In this document: piece after piece, positions 42,678 to 52,005 of the stretch
How positions within the stretch are numbered: the stretch's first letter is position 1
Layout of the letters: each line of letters begins with the position of its first letter
Source: a plasmid
Direction: 5' to 3' (one strand)
Sequence record: NZ_CP069678.1
Length of the DNA: 64,000 nucleotides
Made by a program: the position numbers and the translations under genes
Notes under the pieces: generated by a model
The model's input: the letters and a program-made list of their open reading frames with translations, nothing else
Database searches by the model: none
What the model was told of the DNA's origin: nothing

Positions 42678-43952
42678 TTGTTTCGCCAGGATGCTTTAGA
42701 AAACAGAAAAATGAAGTGGCAGGGACGGGCAATATTACTTCCCGGAATACCACTGTGGTTAATCATGCTGGGAAGCATTGTGTTTATTACGGCATTTCTG
42801 ATGTTCATTATTGTTGGTACCTATAGCCGCCGTGTTAATGTCAGTGGTGAGGTCACAACCTGGCCAAGAGCTGTCAATATATATTCAGGTGTACAGGGAT
42901 TTGTTGTCAGGCAGTTTGTTCATGAAGGGCAGTTGATAAAAAAAGGGGATCCTGTTTATCTGATTGACATCAGTAAAAGTACACGCAATGGTATTGTCAC
43001 TGATAATCATCGCCGGGATATAGAAAACCAGCTGGTTCGTGTGAACAACATTATTTCCCGTCTGGAAGAAAGTAAAAAAATAACGCTAGATACCCTGGAA
43101 AAACAACGTCTGCAATACACAGATGCGTTCCGTCGCTCATCAGACATTATACAGCGTGCAGAGGAAGGGATAAAAATAATGAAAAATAATATGGAGAATT
43201 ACAGATACTATCAGTCAAAAGGACTGATTAATAAAGATCAATTAACTAACCAAGTTGCATTATATTATCAACAACAAAACAACCTTCTCAGTCTGAGCGG
43301 ACAAAATGAACAAAATGCCCTGCAGATAACCACTCTGGAGAGTCAGATTCAGACTCAGGCAGCAGATTTTGATAATCGTATCTATCAGATGGAACTGCAA
43401 CGACTCGAATTGCAGAAAGAACTGGTTAACACTGATGTGGAAGGCGAAATCATTATCCGGGCGTTGTCTGACGGGAAAGTTGACTCCCTGAGTGTCACTG
43501 TAGGGCAAATGGTCAATACCGGAGACAGCCTTCTGCAGGTTATTCCTGAGAACATTGAAAACTATTATCTTATTCTCTGGGTCCCGAATGATGCTGTTCC
43601 TTATATTTCGGCTGGTGACAAAGTGAATATTCGTTATGAAGCCTTCCCCTCAGAAAAATTTGGGCAGTTCTCTGCTACGGTTAAAACTATATCCAGGACT
43701 CCTGCGTCAACACAGGAAATGTTGACCTATAAGGGCGCACCTCAAAATACGCCGGGTGCCTCTGTTCCCTGGTATAAAGTCATTGCGACGCCTGAAAAGC
43801 AGATAATCAGGTATGACGAAAAATACCTCCCTCTGGAAAATGGAATGAAAGCCGAAAGTACACTATTTCTGGAAAAAAGGCGTATTTACCAGTGGATGCT
43901 TTCTCCTTTCTATGACATGAAACACAGTGCAACAGGACCGATCAATGACTAA
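42678..43952 (+). CDS. cvaA: CvaA, colicin V secretion membrane-fusion protein (HlyD family)
   Basis: Matches CvaA. An alternative in-frame start lies at 42711 (MKWQG). The 3' end overlaps cvaB by 8 nt. Confidence 0.85.
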   Translation: MFRQDALENRKMKWQGRAILLPGIPLWLIMLGSIVFITAFLMFIIVGTYSRRVNVSGEVTTWPRAVNIYSGVQGFVVRQFVHEGQLIKKGDPVYLIDISKSTRNGIVTDNHRRDIENQLVRVNNIISRLEESKKITLDTLEKQRLQYTDAFRRSSDIIQRAEEGIKIMKNNMENYRYYQSKGLINKDQLTNQVALYYQQQNNLLSLSGQNEQNALQITTLESQIQTQAADFDNRIYQMELQRLELQKELVNTDVEGEIIIRALSDGKVDSLSVTVGQMVNTGDSLLQVIPENIENYYLILWVPNDAVPYISAGDKVNIRYEAFPSEKFGQFSATVKTISRTPASTQEMLTYKGAPQNTPGASVPWYKVIATPEKQIIRYDEKYLPLENGMKAESTLFLEKRRIYQWMLSPFYDMKHSATGPIND

Positions 43953-46041
43953 CAGGAATTTCAGACAAATTATAAATCTGCTTGATTTGCGCTGGCAACG
44001 TCGTGTTCCGGTTATTCATCAGACGGAGACCGCTGAATGTGGACTGGCCTGCCTAGCAATGATATGCGGTCATTTTGGTAAGAATATTGACCTGATATAT
44101 CTTCGCCGGAAGTTTAATCTCTCTGCCCGTGGAGCAACCCTTGCAGGAATCAATGGAATAGCGGAGCAACTGGGGATGGCCACCCGGGCTCTTTCACTGG
44201 AGTTGGATGAACTTCGAGTCCTCAAAACGCCGTGTATTCTCCACTGGGATTTCAGTCACTTCGTCGTTCTGGTCAGCGTAAAGCGTAACCGTTATGTACT
44301 GCATGATCCGGCCAGGGGCATAAGATATATCAGCCGGGAGGAAATGAGCCGATATTTTACAGGCGTTGCACTTGAGGTCTGGCCCGGAAGTGAATTCCAG
44401 TCGGAAACCCTGCAGACCCGCATAAGTCTTCGTTCACTGATTAACAGTATTTACGGTATTAAAAGAACGCTGGCGAAAATTTTCTGTCTGTCAGTTGTAA
44501 TTGAAGCAATCAATCTGCTAATGCCGGTGGGGACACAGCTGGTTATGGATCATGCTATTCCTGCGGGGGACAGAGGGCTACTGACGCTAATTTCTGCTGC
44601 TCTTATGTTTTTTATATTACTCAAAGCTGCAACGAGTACGCTGCGCGCATGGTCTTCACTGGTTATGAGCACGCTCATCAATGTACAGTGGCAGTCGGGG
44701 CTGTTCGATCATCTTCTCAGACTACCGCTGGCGTTTTTTGAACGCCGAAAATTAGGTGATATCCAGTCACGTTTTGACTCCCTTGACACATTGAGGGCCA
44801 CATTTACCACCAGTGTGATCGGGTTCATAATGGACAGCATTATGGTTGTCGGTGTTTGTGTGATGATGCTGTTATACGGAGGATATCTCACCTGGATAGT
44901 TCTCTGCTTTACCACAATTTACATTTTTATTCGACTGGTGACATACGGCAATTACCGACAGATATCAGAAGAATGTCTTGTCAGGGAGGCCCGTGCCGCC
45001 TCCTATTTTATGGAAACATTATATGGTATTGCCACGGTAAAAATCCAGGGGATGGTCGGAATTCGGGGAGCACACTGGCTTAATATGAAAATAGATGCGA
45101 TAAATTCGGGTATTAAGCTAACCAGGATGGATTTGCTCTTCGGAGGAATAAATACCTTTGTTACCGCCTGTGATCAGATTGTAATTTTATGGCTGGGAGC
45201 AGGCCTTGTGATCGATAATCAGATGACAATAGGAATGTTTGTAGCGTTTAGTTCTTTTCGTGGGCAGTTTTCGGAAAGAGTTGCCTCTCTGACCAGTTTT
45301 CTTCTTCAGCTAAGAATAATGAGTCTGCACAATGAGCGCATTGCAGATATTGCATTACATGAAAAGGAGGAAAAGAAACCTGAAATTGAAATCGTTGCTG
45401 ATATGGGGCCAATATCCCTGGAAACCAATGGTTTAAGCTATCGTTATGACAGTCAGTCAGCACCGATATTCAGTGCTCTGAGTTTATCTGTAGCTCCGGG
45501 GGAAAGTGTGGCTATAACTGGTGCTTCCGGTGCGGGAAAAACCACATTAATGAAAGTACTATGTGGACTATTTGAACCTGATAGCGGGAGGGTACTGATA
45601 AATGGTATAGATATACGCCAAATTGGAATAAATAATTATCACCGGATGATAGCCTGTGTTATGCAGGATGACCGGCTATTTTCAGGCTCAATTCGTGAAA
45701 ATATCTGTGGTTTTGCAGAGGAAATGGATGAAGAGTGGATGGTAGAATGTGCCAGAGCAAGTCATATTCATGATGTTATAATGAATATGCCAATGGGATA
45801 TGAAACATTAATAGGTGAACTTGGGGAAGGTCTTTCTGGCGGTCAAAAACAGCGTATATTTATTGCACGAGCCTTATACCGGAAACCAGGAATATTATTT
45901 ATGGATGAGGCAACCAGTGCTCTTGATTCAGAGAGTGAACATTTCGTGAATGTTGCCATAAAAAACATGAATATCACCAGGGTAATTATTGCACACAGAG
46001 AAACAACGTTGAGAACTGTTGATAGAGTTATTTCTATTTAA
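43945..46041 (+). CDS. cvaB: CvaB, colicin V ABC exporter with N-terminal C39 peptidase domain
   Basis: 698 aa from MTNRNF. C39 catalytic Cys ([13 protein letters not shown]), six TM segments, NBD ([17 protein letters not shown]). Confidence 0.9.
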   Translation: MTNRNFRQIINLLDLRWQRRVPVIHQTETAECGLACLAMICGHFGKNIDLIYLRRKFNLSARGATLAGINGIAEQLGMATRALSLELDELRVLKTPCILHWDFSHFVVLVSVKRNRYVLHDPARGIRYISREEMSRYFTGVALEVWPGSEFQSETLQTRISLRSLINSIYGIKRTLAKIFCLSVVIEAINLLMPVGTQLVMDHAIPAGDRGLLTLISAALMFFILLKAATSTLRAWSSLVMSTLINVQWQSGLFDHLLRLPLAFFERRKLGDIQSRFDSLDTLRATFTTSVIGFIMDSIMVVGVCVMMLLYGGYLTWIVLCFTTIYIFIRLVTYGNYRQISEECLVREARAASYFMETLYGIATVKIQGMVGIRGAHWLNMKIDAINSGIKLTRMDLLFGGINTFVTACDQIVILWLGAGLVIDNQMTIGMFVAFSSFRGQFSERVASLTSFLLQLRIMSLHNERIADIALHEKEEKKPEIEIVADMGPISLETNGLSYRYDSQSAPIFSALSLSVAPGESVAITGASGAGKTTLMKVLCGLFEPDSGRVLINGIDIRQIGINNYHRMIACVMQDDRLFSGSIRENICGFAEEMDEEWMVECARASHIHDVIMNMPMGYETLIGELGEGLSGGQKQRIFIARALYRKPGILFMDEATSALDSESEHFVNVAIKNMNITRVIIAHRETTLRTVDRVISI

Positions 46042-46166
46042 ACCATAGAGGAATTACAAGCGTATGAGGAATATTTCTTCCTGTTATAATTCCTCGTTAT
46101 GCTCAGATATCTGTTGGAGGTGGAATGGAAGATAGACAATCCACCAAGAAGAAATATCATTCTGTG

Positions 46167-47495
46167 CTGATGAATCCCCTAATGATTTTTATCAAAATCA
46201 TTAAGTTAAGGTAGATACACATCTTGTCATATGATCAAATGGTTTCGCCAAAAATCAATAATCAGACAACAAAATGTGCGAACTCGATATTTTACACGAC
46301 TCTCTTTACCAATTCTGCCCCGAATTACACTTAAAACGACTCAACAGCTTAACGTTGGCTTGCCACGCCTTACTTGACTGTAAAACTCTCACTCTTACCG
46401 AACTTGGCCGTAACCTGCCAACCAAAGCGAGAACAAAACATAACATCAAACGAATCGACCGATTGTTAGGTAATCGTCACCTCCACAAAGAGCGACTCGC
46501 TGTATACCGTTGGCATGCTAGCTTTATCTGTTCGGGCAATACGATGCCCATTGTACTTGTTGACTGGTCTGATATCCGTGAGCAAAAACGGCTTATGGTA
46601 TTGCGAGCTTCAGTCGCACTACACGGTCGTTCTGTTACTCTTTATGAGAAAGCGTTCCCGCTTTCAGAGCAATGTTCAAAGAAAGCTCATGACCAATTTC
46701 TAGCCGACCTTGCGAGCATTCTACCGAGTAACACCACACCGCTCATTGTCAGTGATGCTGGCTTTAAAGTGCCATGGTATAAATCCGTTGAGAAGCTGGG
46801 TTGGTACTGGTTAAGTCGAGTAAGAGGAAAAGTACAATATGCAGACCTAGGAGCGGAAAACTGGAAACCTATCAGCAACTTACATGATATGTCATCTAGT
46901 CACTCAAAGACTTTAGGCTATAAGAGGCTGACTAAAAGCAATCCAATCTCATGCCAAATTCTATTGTATAAATCTCGCTCTAAAGGCCGAAAAAATCAGC
47001 GCTCGACACGGACTCATTGTCACCACCCGTCACCTAAAATCTACTCAGCGTCGGCAAAGGAGCCATGGATTCTAGCAACTAACTTACCTGTTGAAATTCG
47101 AACACCCAAACAACTTGTTAATATCTATTCGAAGCGAATGCAGATTGAAGAAACCTTCCGAGACTTGAAAAGTCCTGCCTACGGACTAGGCCTACGCCAT
47201 AGCCGAACGAGCAGCTCAGAGCGTTTTGATATCATGCTGCTAATCGCCCTGATGCTTCAACTAACATGTTGGCTTGCGGGCGTTCATGCTCAGAAACAAG
47301 GTTGGGACAAGCACTTCCAGGCTAACACAGTCAGAAATCGAAACGTACTCTCAACAGTTCGCTTAGGCATGGAAGTTTTGCGGCATTCTGGCTACACAAT
47401 AACAAGGGAAGACTCACTCGTGGCTGCAACCCTGCTTACTCAAAATCTATTCACACATGGTTACGTTTTGGGGAAATTATGAGGGGATCTCTCAG
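46167..47495 (+). mobile_element. IS10 (copy B, 1329 bp), inverted relative to copy A
   Basis: Identical 402-aa transposase at 46274-47482. Outside end at 46167, inside end at 47495. 9-bp duplication CATTCTGTG at 46158-46166 and 47496-47504. It is inserted between the 3' ends of cvaB and cvaC. Confidence 0.9.
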
Positions 47496-47548
47496 CATTC
47501 TGTGTGGATTGTCCAATAACTGTTCTTTCTTATATTAAATAATACTAT

Positions 47549-47860
47549 TTATAAACAAACATCACTAAGATTATTTGGACTCCAATTACACAATCTTCCC
47601 GCAGCATAGTTCCATGCTTCTGAAGGTATCCCTTCGGGTTTTTGCTTAATTGTTCCCCCTAAACCGGATGGAGACATTGCAGGATTAGGTTTGTGAGTGG
47701 ATGCATAGTCATATATTGCACCTCCAGCCACACCCCCAGCAGCTGCTCCAATTCCTCCTGCAACAAATTGCCCGGATAGTGTTCCTATAGCCATCGCAAT
47801 ATCACGCCCTGAAGCACCACCAGAAACAGAATCTAATTCATTTAGAGTCAGAGTTCTCAT
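47549..47860 (-). CDS. cvaC: CvaC, colicin V (microcin V) precursor with double-glycine leader
   Basis: 103 aa: MRTLTLNELDSVSGG-ASGRD... Glycine-rich core and a C-terminal Cys pair. Confidence 0.9.
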   Translation of the reverse strand: MRTLTLNELDSVSGGASGRDIAMAIGTLSGQFVAGGIGAAAGGVAGGAIYDYASTHKPNPAMSPSGLGGTIKQKPEGIPSEAWNYAAGRLCNWSPNNLSDVCL

Positions 47861-48074
47861 ATGATCTCCTTTTTATCTTATCGGATATTGAATAATAATT
47901 ATCACCAACAAAGTAACATATTGCAGACATTAATGCAGAGAAGCAAAATGTATGCATGGATAAAAAGTCCTTTCCTCTAAAAACACAATCATATATAGCT
48001 AATGCAATATATATTGCGGTGGCATTTATTATAAATGCAAATAACAACTCTAATTTTGTTCTTTTTCTATCCAT
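47838..48074 (-). CDS. cvi: Cvi, colicin V immunity protein
   Basis: 78-aa membrane protein MDRKRTKLELLFAFIINATAIYIALAIY... It lies upstream of cvaC and overlaps it. Confidence 0.9.
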   Translation of the reverse strand: MDRKRTKLELLFAFIINATAIYIALAIYDCVFRGKDFLSMHTFCFSALMSAICYFVGDNYYSISDKIKRRSYENSDSK

Positions 48075-48119
48075 TACTTTTTATCCCATTACTTTCTATC
48101 CCATTACCACACAAACACT

Positions 48120-48139
48120 AACGATAATGATTATCGTTA
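48120..48139. promoter_or_regulatory. Fur box of the cvi-cvaC promoter
   Basis: AACGATAATGATTATCGTT is a near-perfect palindrome ~50 bp upstream of cvi. Two direct copies of TATCCCATTAC lie just downstream, at 48074-48100. Confidence 0.5.
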
Positions 48140-48192
48140 ACATAGTCAAGAGTGAAGGGTAGGAGGCCCTCAACCCCCTATAAGGGGTCCGC

Positions 48193-49012
48193 TTGGAAAA
48201 CGGATTTCCCCACGTCAAGAGAATTGATTTGAACGAGTGGCTTCGCTACAAACAGCTCCCGTTTGTGTGTGAAAAACCCCTCTCAACAGATCTCAACTCT
48301 GCACGATATCTACAGGAGATTGCTCCAAAAGGCAGTATCGTGTCTTTTAACTACCGATATAACCCCGTCATCGACATGATAATGCGTCTGAGAAATGAGA
48401 AGAAATTAGGTGAACTGCATTTCTTCTCAGCAGAATTTAATAAAAATTCTGCACTGACCCGCCATCACCTGACCTGGCGAGACTCCGCACAACAGAGCAA
48501 AAGCAGCGGTGCTCTGGGCGATCTATCCTGTCATCTGCTTGATTTATTTTGTTTTATAGGGGAAAGCCCGGTAGTGGTTCATGGGATCAAAACGGTAAAG
48601 GGGACACGTGGGTACAAAATCAGATGGTCAGGTTGAAGTGGATGATAACGGCTATGTAATGGGCAGTTCAGAAAAGGGAGCTTATTTCAGAGTTCATGCC
48701 AGTAAATCGGAAACAGATCATAATTTGGGACTGCATATACAGCTTGTATTTGAAAATGGTGAAATCAGATATTCAACCCACCATGAAAATCGCCTGCTCC
48801 TGATTCTATTTAATGATACGAATACGGAAACAATTGGCTTCGACGCTCTGAAACGCTTGCCTGATCCACCACGGGAGCTTCCATTCTGGTCTGATTCGTT
48901 TATTCATCTTCATGACGACTGGTGTGCTCTTATTAAATATGGTCACTCGTCTCCTAAGCTAGCGGACCTGTCATCCGGCCTTCATATACAGGAAATAATT
49001 GAGGCATTCTGA
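48193..49012 (+). pseudogene. Gfo/Idh/MocA-family oxidoreductase, 5'-truncated and frameshifted
   Basis: Begins inside the protein at the conserved EKP motif (CEKPLSTDL), with no Rossmann N-terminus. A frameshift at ~48610 splits the C-terminal domain into two ORFs. Confidence 0.55.
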
Positions 49013-49013
49013 T

Positions 49014-49283
49014 ATGGATACCATTCTTTTAACCGGGCTGTTTGCTGCATTTTTCACAACGTTTGCGTTCGCTCCCCAGAGCATAAAAACTATCAGGACA
49101 CGCAATACCGAAGGTATCTCCGTTGTTATGTATATCATGTTCCTGACAGGTGTAATCTCATGGATAGCGTATGGCATTATGCGATCTGATTTTGCCGTAC
49201 TGATCGCCAATATTGTCACACTGTTTCTGGCTGCACCAGTGCTTGTAATAACACTTATCAACCGCAGGAAAAAACACGTATGA
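49014..49283 (+). CDS. SemiSWEET (single PQ-loop, 3-TM sugar-transporter family) protein
   Basis: 89 aa from MDTILLTG, with three TM helices and a PQ motif in TM1 (FAFAPQ). It resembles bacterial SemiSWEETs. The stop overlaps the next gene (ATGA). Confidence 0.7.
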   Translation: MDTILLTGLFAAFFTTFAFAPQSIKTIRTRNTEGISVVMYIMFLTGVISWIAYGIMRSDFAVLIANIVTLFLAAPVLVITLINRRKKHV

Positions 49284-50260
49284 ATATTGCAATCATCGGC
49301 GCGGGTCCTGCCGGCATCATTTCTGCCCGTAATGCGATTAAAGCAGGTCACTCCGTGGTTCTGTTTGAGAAGAATACCCGAATTGGGGAGATCTGGAACC
49401 CCTGGAGTGGTGGCGCTTACCGTAATGCCTGTATGCAGAACTCTCGTTATACATTTCATTATACTGGCTTTCCCCCTGGCGATATCGATGAATTTCTAGG
49501 AGTGGAACAGGTATTCAGATATCTTTCGGCCGTGGCCGGAGAGGATGCCCTCCGTGAGTCGATCCGACTGAATACTGAAGTTGTTTCACTCAGAAAAGAC
49601 GCCGGACACCGGGTGATCCGCTGCGCTTCTGAAGGAAAAGACACGGAAGACATTTTTGACCGGGTCATCATTGCAACAGGTGAACTCTGGCAACCCCGCC
49701 GGCCCCCCCTGCCAGGTGAGGAAAACTTCTCCGGAACGTTGATCACGTCGAGAGATTATCAGGAGCCAGAGGCATTTAAAGGAAAAAATATCCTCATCAT
49801 TGGCGGCGGTGTCAGCGGTGCGGATATTGCCTCAGACCTTGTTCCCTTTGCCAGAAGCGTAAGTCTGTCCGTCAAAAAGATGGGACTTTATCTGCCGAGA
49901 CAATTCCCGACTGGCCCGAATGACATGATGCACTCCTATCTGGGCAGGTGTCTGCTGAGCCAAATGAATTATGAAGATTTTATCGGTTATCTCGACACCA
50001 TGATGCCTGACTACATGCAGGCCTACCGAGCATCCAGTCTGTTGCCCGACATGGCGAACAATAACGCGGTGCATGTTAACGAAAAAATCATACCGAATGT
50101 GGCCGCCGGTCTGATAAAAGTTAAACCCCAGGCAGAGCGTTTCACCGGAGAAGGCGCTATTAAGTTCGTCGACGCATCTCAGGAAAAATATGATGTAATA
50201 ATAACCTGTACAGGCTATGAAATGCCTGATTACTCGTTCATTCGTAAGCGTACAGCCTGA
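49280..50260 (+). CDS. FAD/NAD(P)-binding flavin-monooxygenase-like oxidoreductase, C-terminally truncated by IS66
   Basis: Two dinucleotide-binding motifs (IIGAGPAG; IIGGGVSGADIA) and an FMO-like FSGTLITSRDY motif. The final codons read into the IS66 terminal repeat (GTAAGCG...). Confidence 0.6.
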   Translation: MNIAIIGAGPAGIISARNAIKAGHSVVLFEKNTRIGEIWNPWSGGAYRNACMQNSRYTFHYTGFPPGDIDEFLGVEQVFRYLSAVAGEDALRESIRLNTEVVSLRKDAGHRVIRCASEGKDTEDIFDRVIIATGELWQPRRPPLPGEENFSGTLITSRDYQEPEAFKGKNILIIGGGVSGADIASDLVPFARSVSLSVKKMGLYLPRQFPTGPNDMMHSYLGRCLLSQMNYEDFIGYLDTMMPDYMQAYRASSLLPDMANNNAVHVNEKIIPNVAAGLIKVKPQAERFTGEGAIKFVDASQEKYDVIITCTGYEMPDYSFIRKRTA

Positions 50261-51970
50261 ACCGTCTGGTCAGAATCTGACGAATTAGACAAAGTGGTGT
50301 CCACCAAATAAGTAGTGGGAACCAAAGTGTCAGATATGCAGAAAAATGTGACTCCCGGCAGGCGAAAAGGCTGCCCTAATTATCCTCCCGAATTTAAACA
50401 GCTGCTCGTTGCTGCCTCCTGTGAACCCGGGATATCCATCTCAAAACTTGCTCTTGAAAATGGCATTAACGCCAATCTGTTGTTCAAATGGCGACAACAA
50501 TGGCGCGAGGGAAAGCTGCTATTACCTTCTTCAGAGAGCCCCCAGCTACTTCCTGTGACTCTCGATGCAGCTGCCGAACAGCCAGAATCGCTTGCAGAGG
50601 ACCCGGAAACCCTCAGTATCAGCTGTGAGGTAACGTTCCGGCACGGGACGCTCCGCTTCAATGGCAATGTCAGCGAAAAGCTCCTGACTCTGCTGATACA
50701 GGAACTGAAGCGATGATCCCGTTACCTTCCGGGACCAAAATTTGGCTGGTTGCCGGTATCACCGATATGAGAAATGGCTTCAACGGCCTGGCTGCGAAAG
50801 TACAGACGGCGCTGAAAGACGATCCCATGTCCGGCCATGTTTTCATTTTCCGGGGCCGCAGCGGCAGTCAGGTTAAACTGCTGTGGTCCACCGGTGACGG
50901 GCTGTGCCTCCTGACCAAACGGCTGGAGCGTGGGCGCTTCGCCTGGCCGTCAGCCCGTGATGGCAAAGTGTTCCTTACGCAGGCGCAGCTGGCGATGCTG
51001 CTGGAAGGTATCGACTGGCGACAGCCCAAGCGGCTGCTGACCTCCCTGACCATGCTGTAAATCTCTTTATCCTGGTTGTCACAGAATAAGCCCGGTAAAA
51101 TACGGGCTTATGAACGACATCTCTTCTGACGACATCTTCCTGCTGAAACAGCGCCTGGCCGAACAGGAAGCGCTGATCCACGCCCTGCAGGAAAAGCTGA
51201 GCAACCGGGAGCGCGAAATAGACCATCTGCAGGCGCAGCTGGATAAACTCCGCCGGATGAACTTCGGCAGTCGTTCCGAAAAAGTCTCCCGCCGTATCGC
51301 ACAAATGGAAGCCGATCTGAACCGGCTTCAGAAAGAGAGCGATACGCTGACTGGTAGGGTGTATGACCCGGCAGTACAGCGTCCGTTGCGTCAGACCCGC
51401 ACCCGTAAGCCGTTCCCTGAATCACTACCCCGTGACGAAAAGCGACTGTTGCCTGCGGCGCCGTGCTGCCCGAACTGCGGCGGTTCACTGAGCTATCTGG
51501 GCGAGGATACCGCCGAACAGCTGGAGTTGATGCGTAGCGCCTTCCGGGTTATCCGGACGGTACGGGAAAAACATGCCTGTACTCAGTGCGATGCCATCGT
51601 GCAGGCACCTGCACCTTCGCGGCCCATCGAGCGGGGTATCGCCGGACCGGGGCTGCTGGCCCGCGTGCTGACCTCGAAGTATGCAGAGCACACCCCGCTG
51701 TATCGCCAGTCAGAAATATACGGCCGGCAAGGTGTGGAGCTGAGCCGTTCACTGCTGTCGGGCTGGGTGGATGCATGCTGCCGGCTGCTGTCTCCGCTGG
51801 AAGAGGCGCTTCATGGCTATGTCATGACTGACGGCAAACTCCATGCCGATGATACCCCGGTCCAGGTACTGCTGCCGGGTAATAAGAAGACGAAGACCGG
51901 GCGGTTGTGGGCGTATGTTCGTGATGACCGCAATGCCGGGTCAGCGTTGGCACCTGCAGTGTGGTTCGCT
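50245..51970 (+). mobile_element. IS66-family element (tnpA, tnpB, truncated tnpC), cut by Tn2
   Basis: GTAAGCG terminal repeat. orfs at 50315-50716 and 50713-51060 (the IS66 TnpB motif MIPLPSGTKIWL...). TnpC at 51110-51973 is cut at the Tn2 IR. Confidence 0.7.
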
Positions 51971-52005
51971 TAGGGGTCTGACGCTCAGTGGAACGAAAAC
52001 TCACG

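Noticed and set aside
24367-47495. Possibility that the segment between the inverted IS10 copies has been inverted by IS10-IS10 recombination
   Set aside because: Each IS10 copy is flanked by its own matching 9-bp duplication (TACCAAGTC; CATTCTGTG). Inversion between the copies would have exchanged one flank of each and destroyed both matches.
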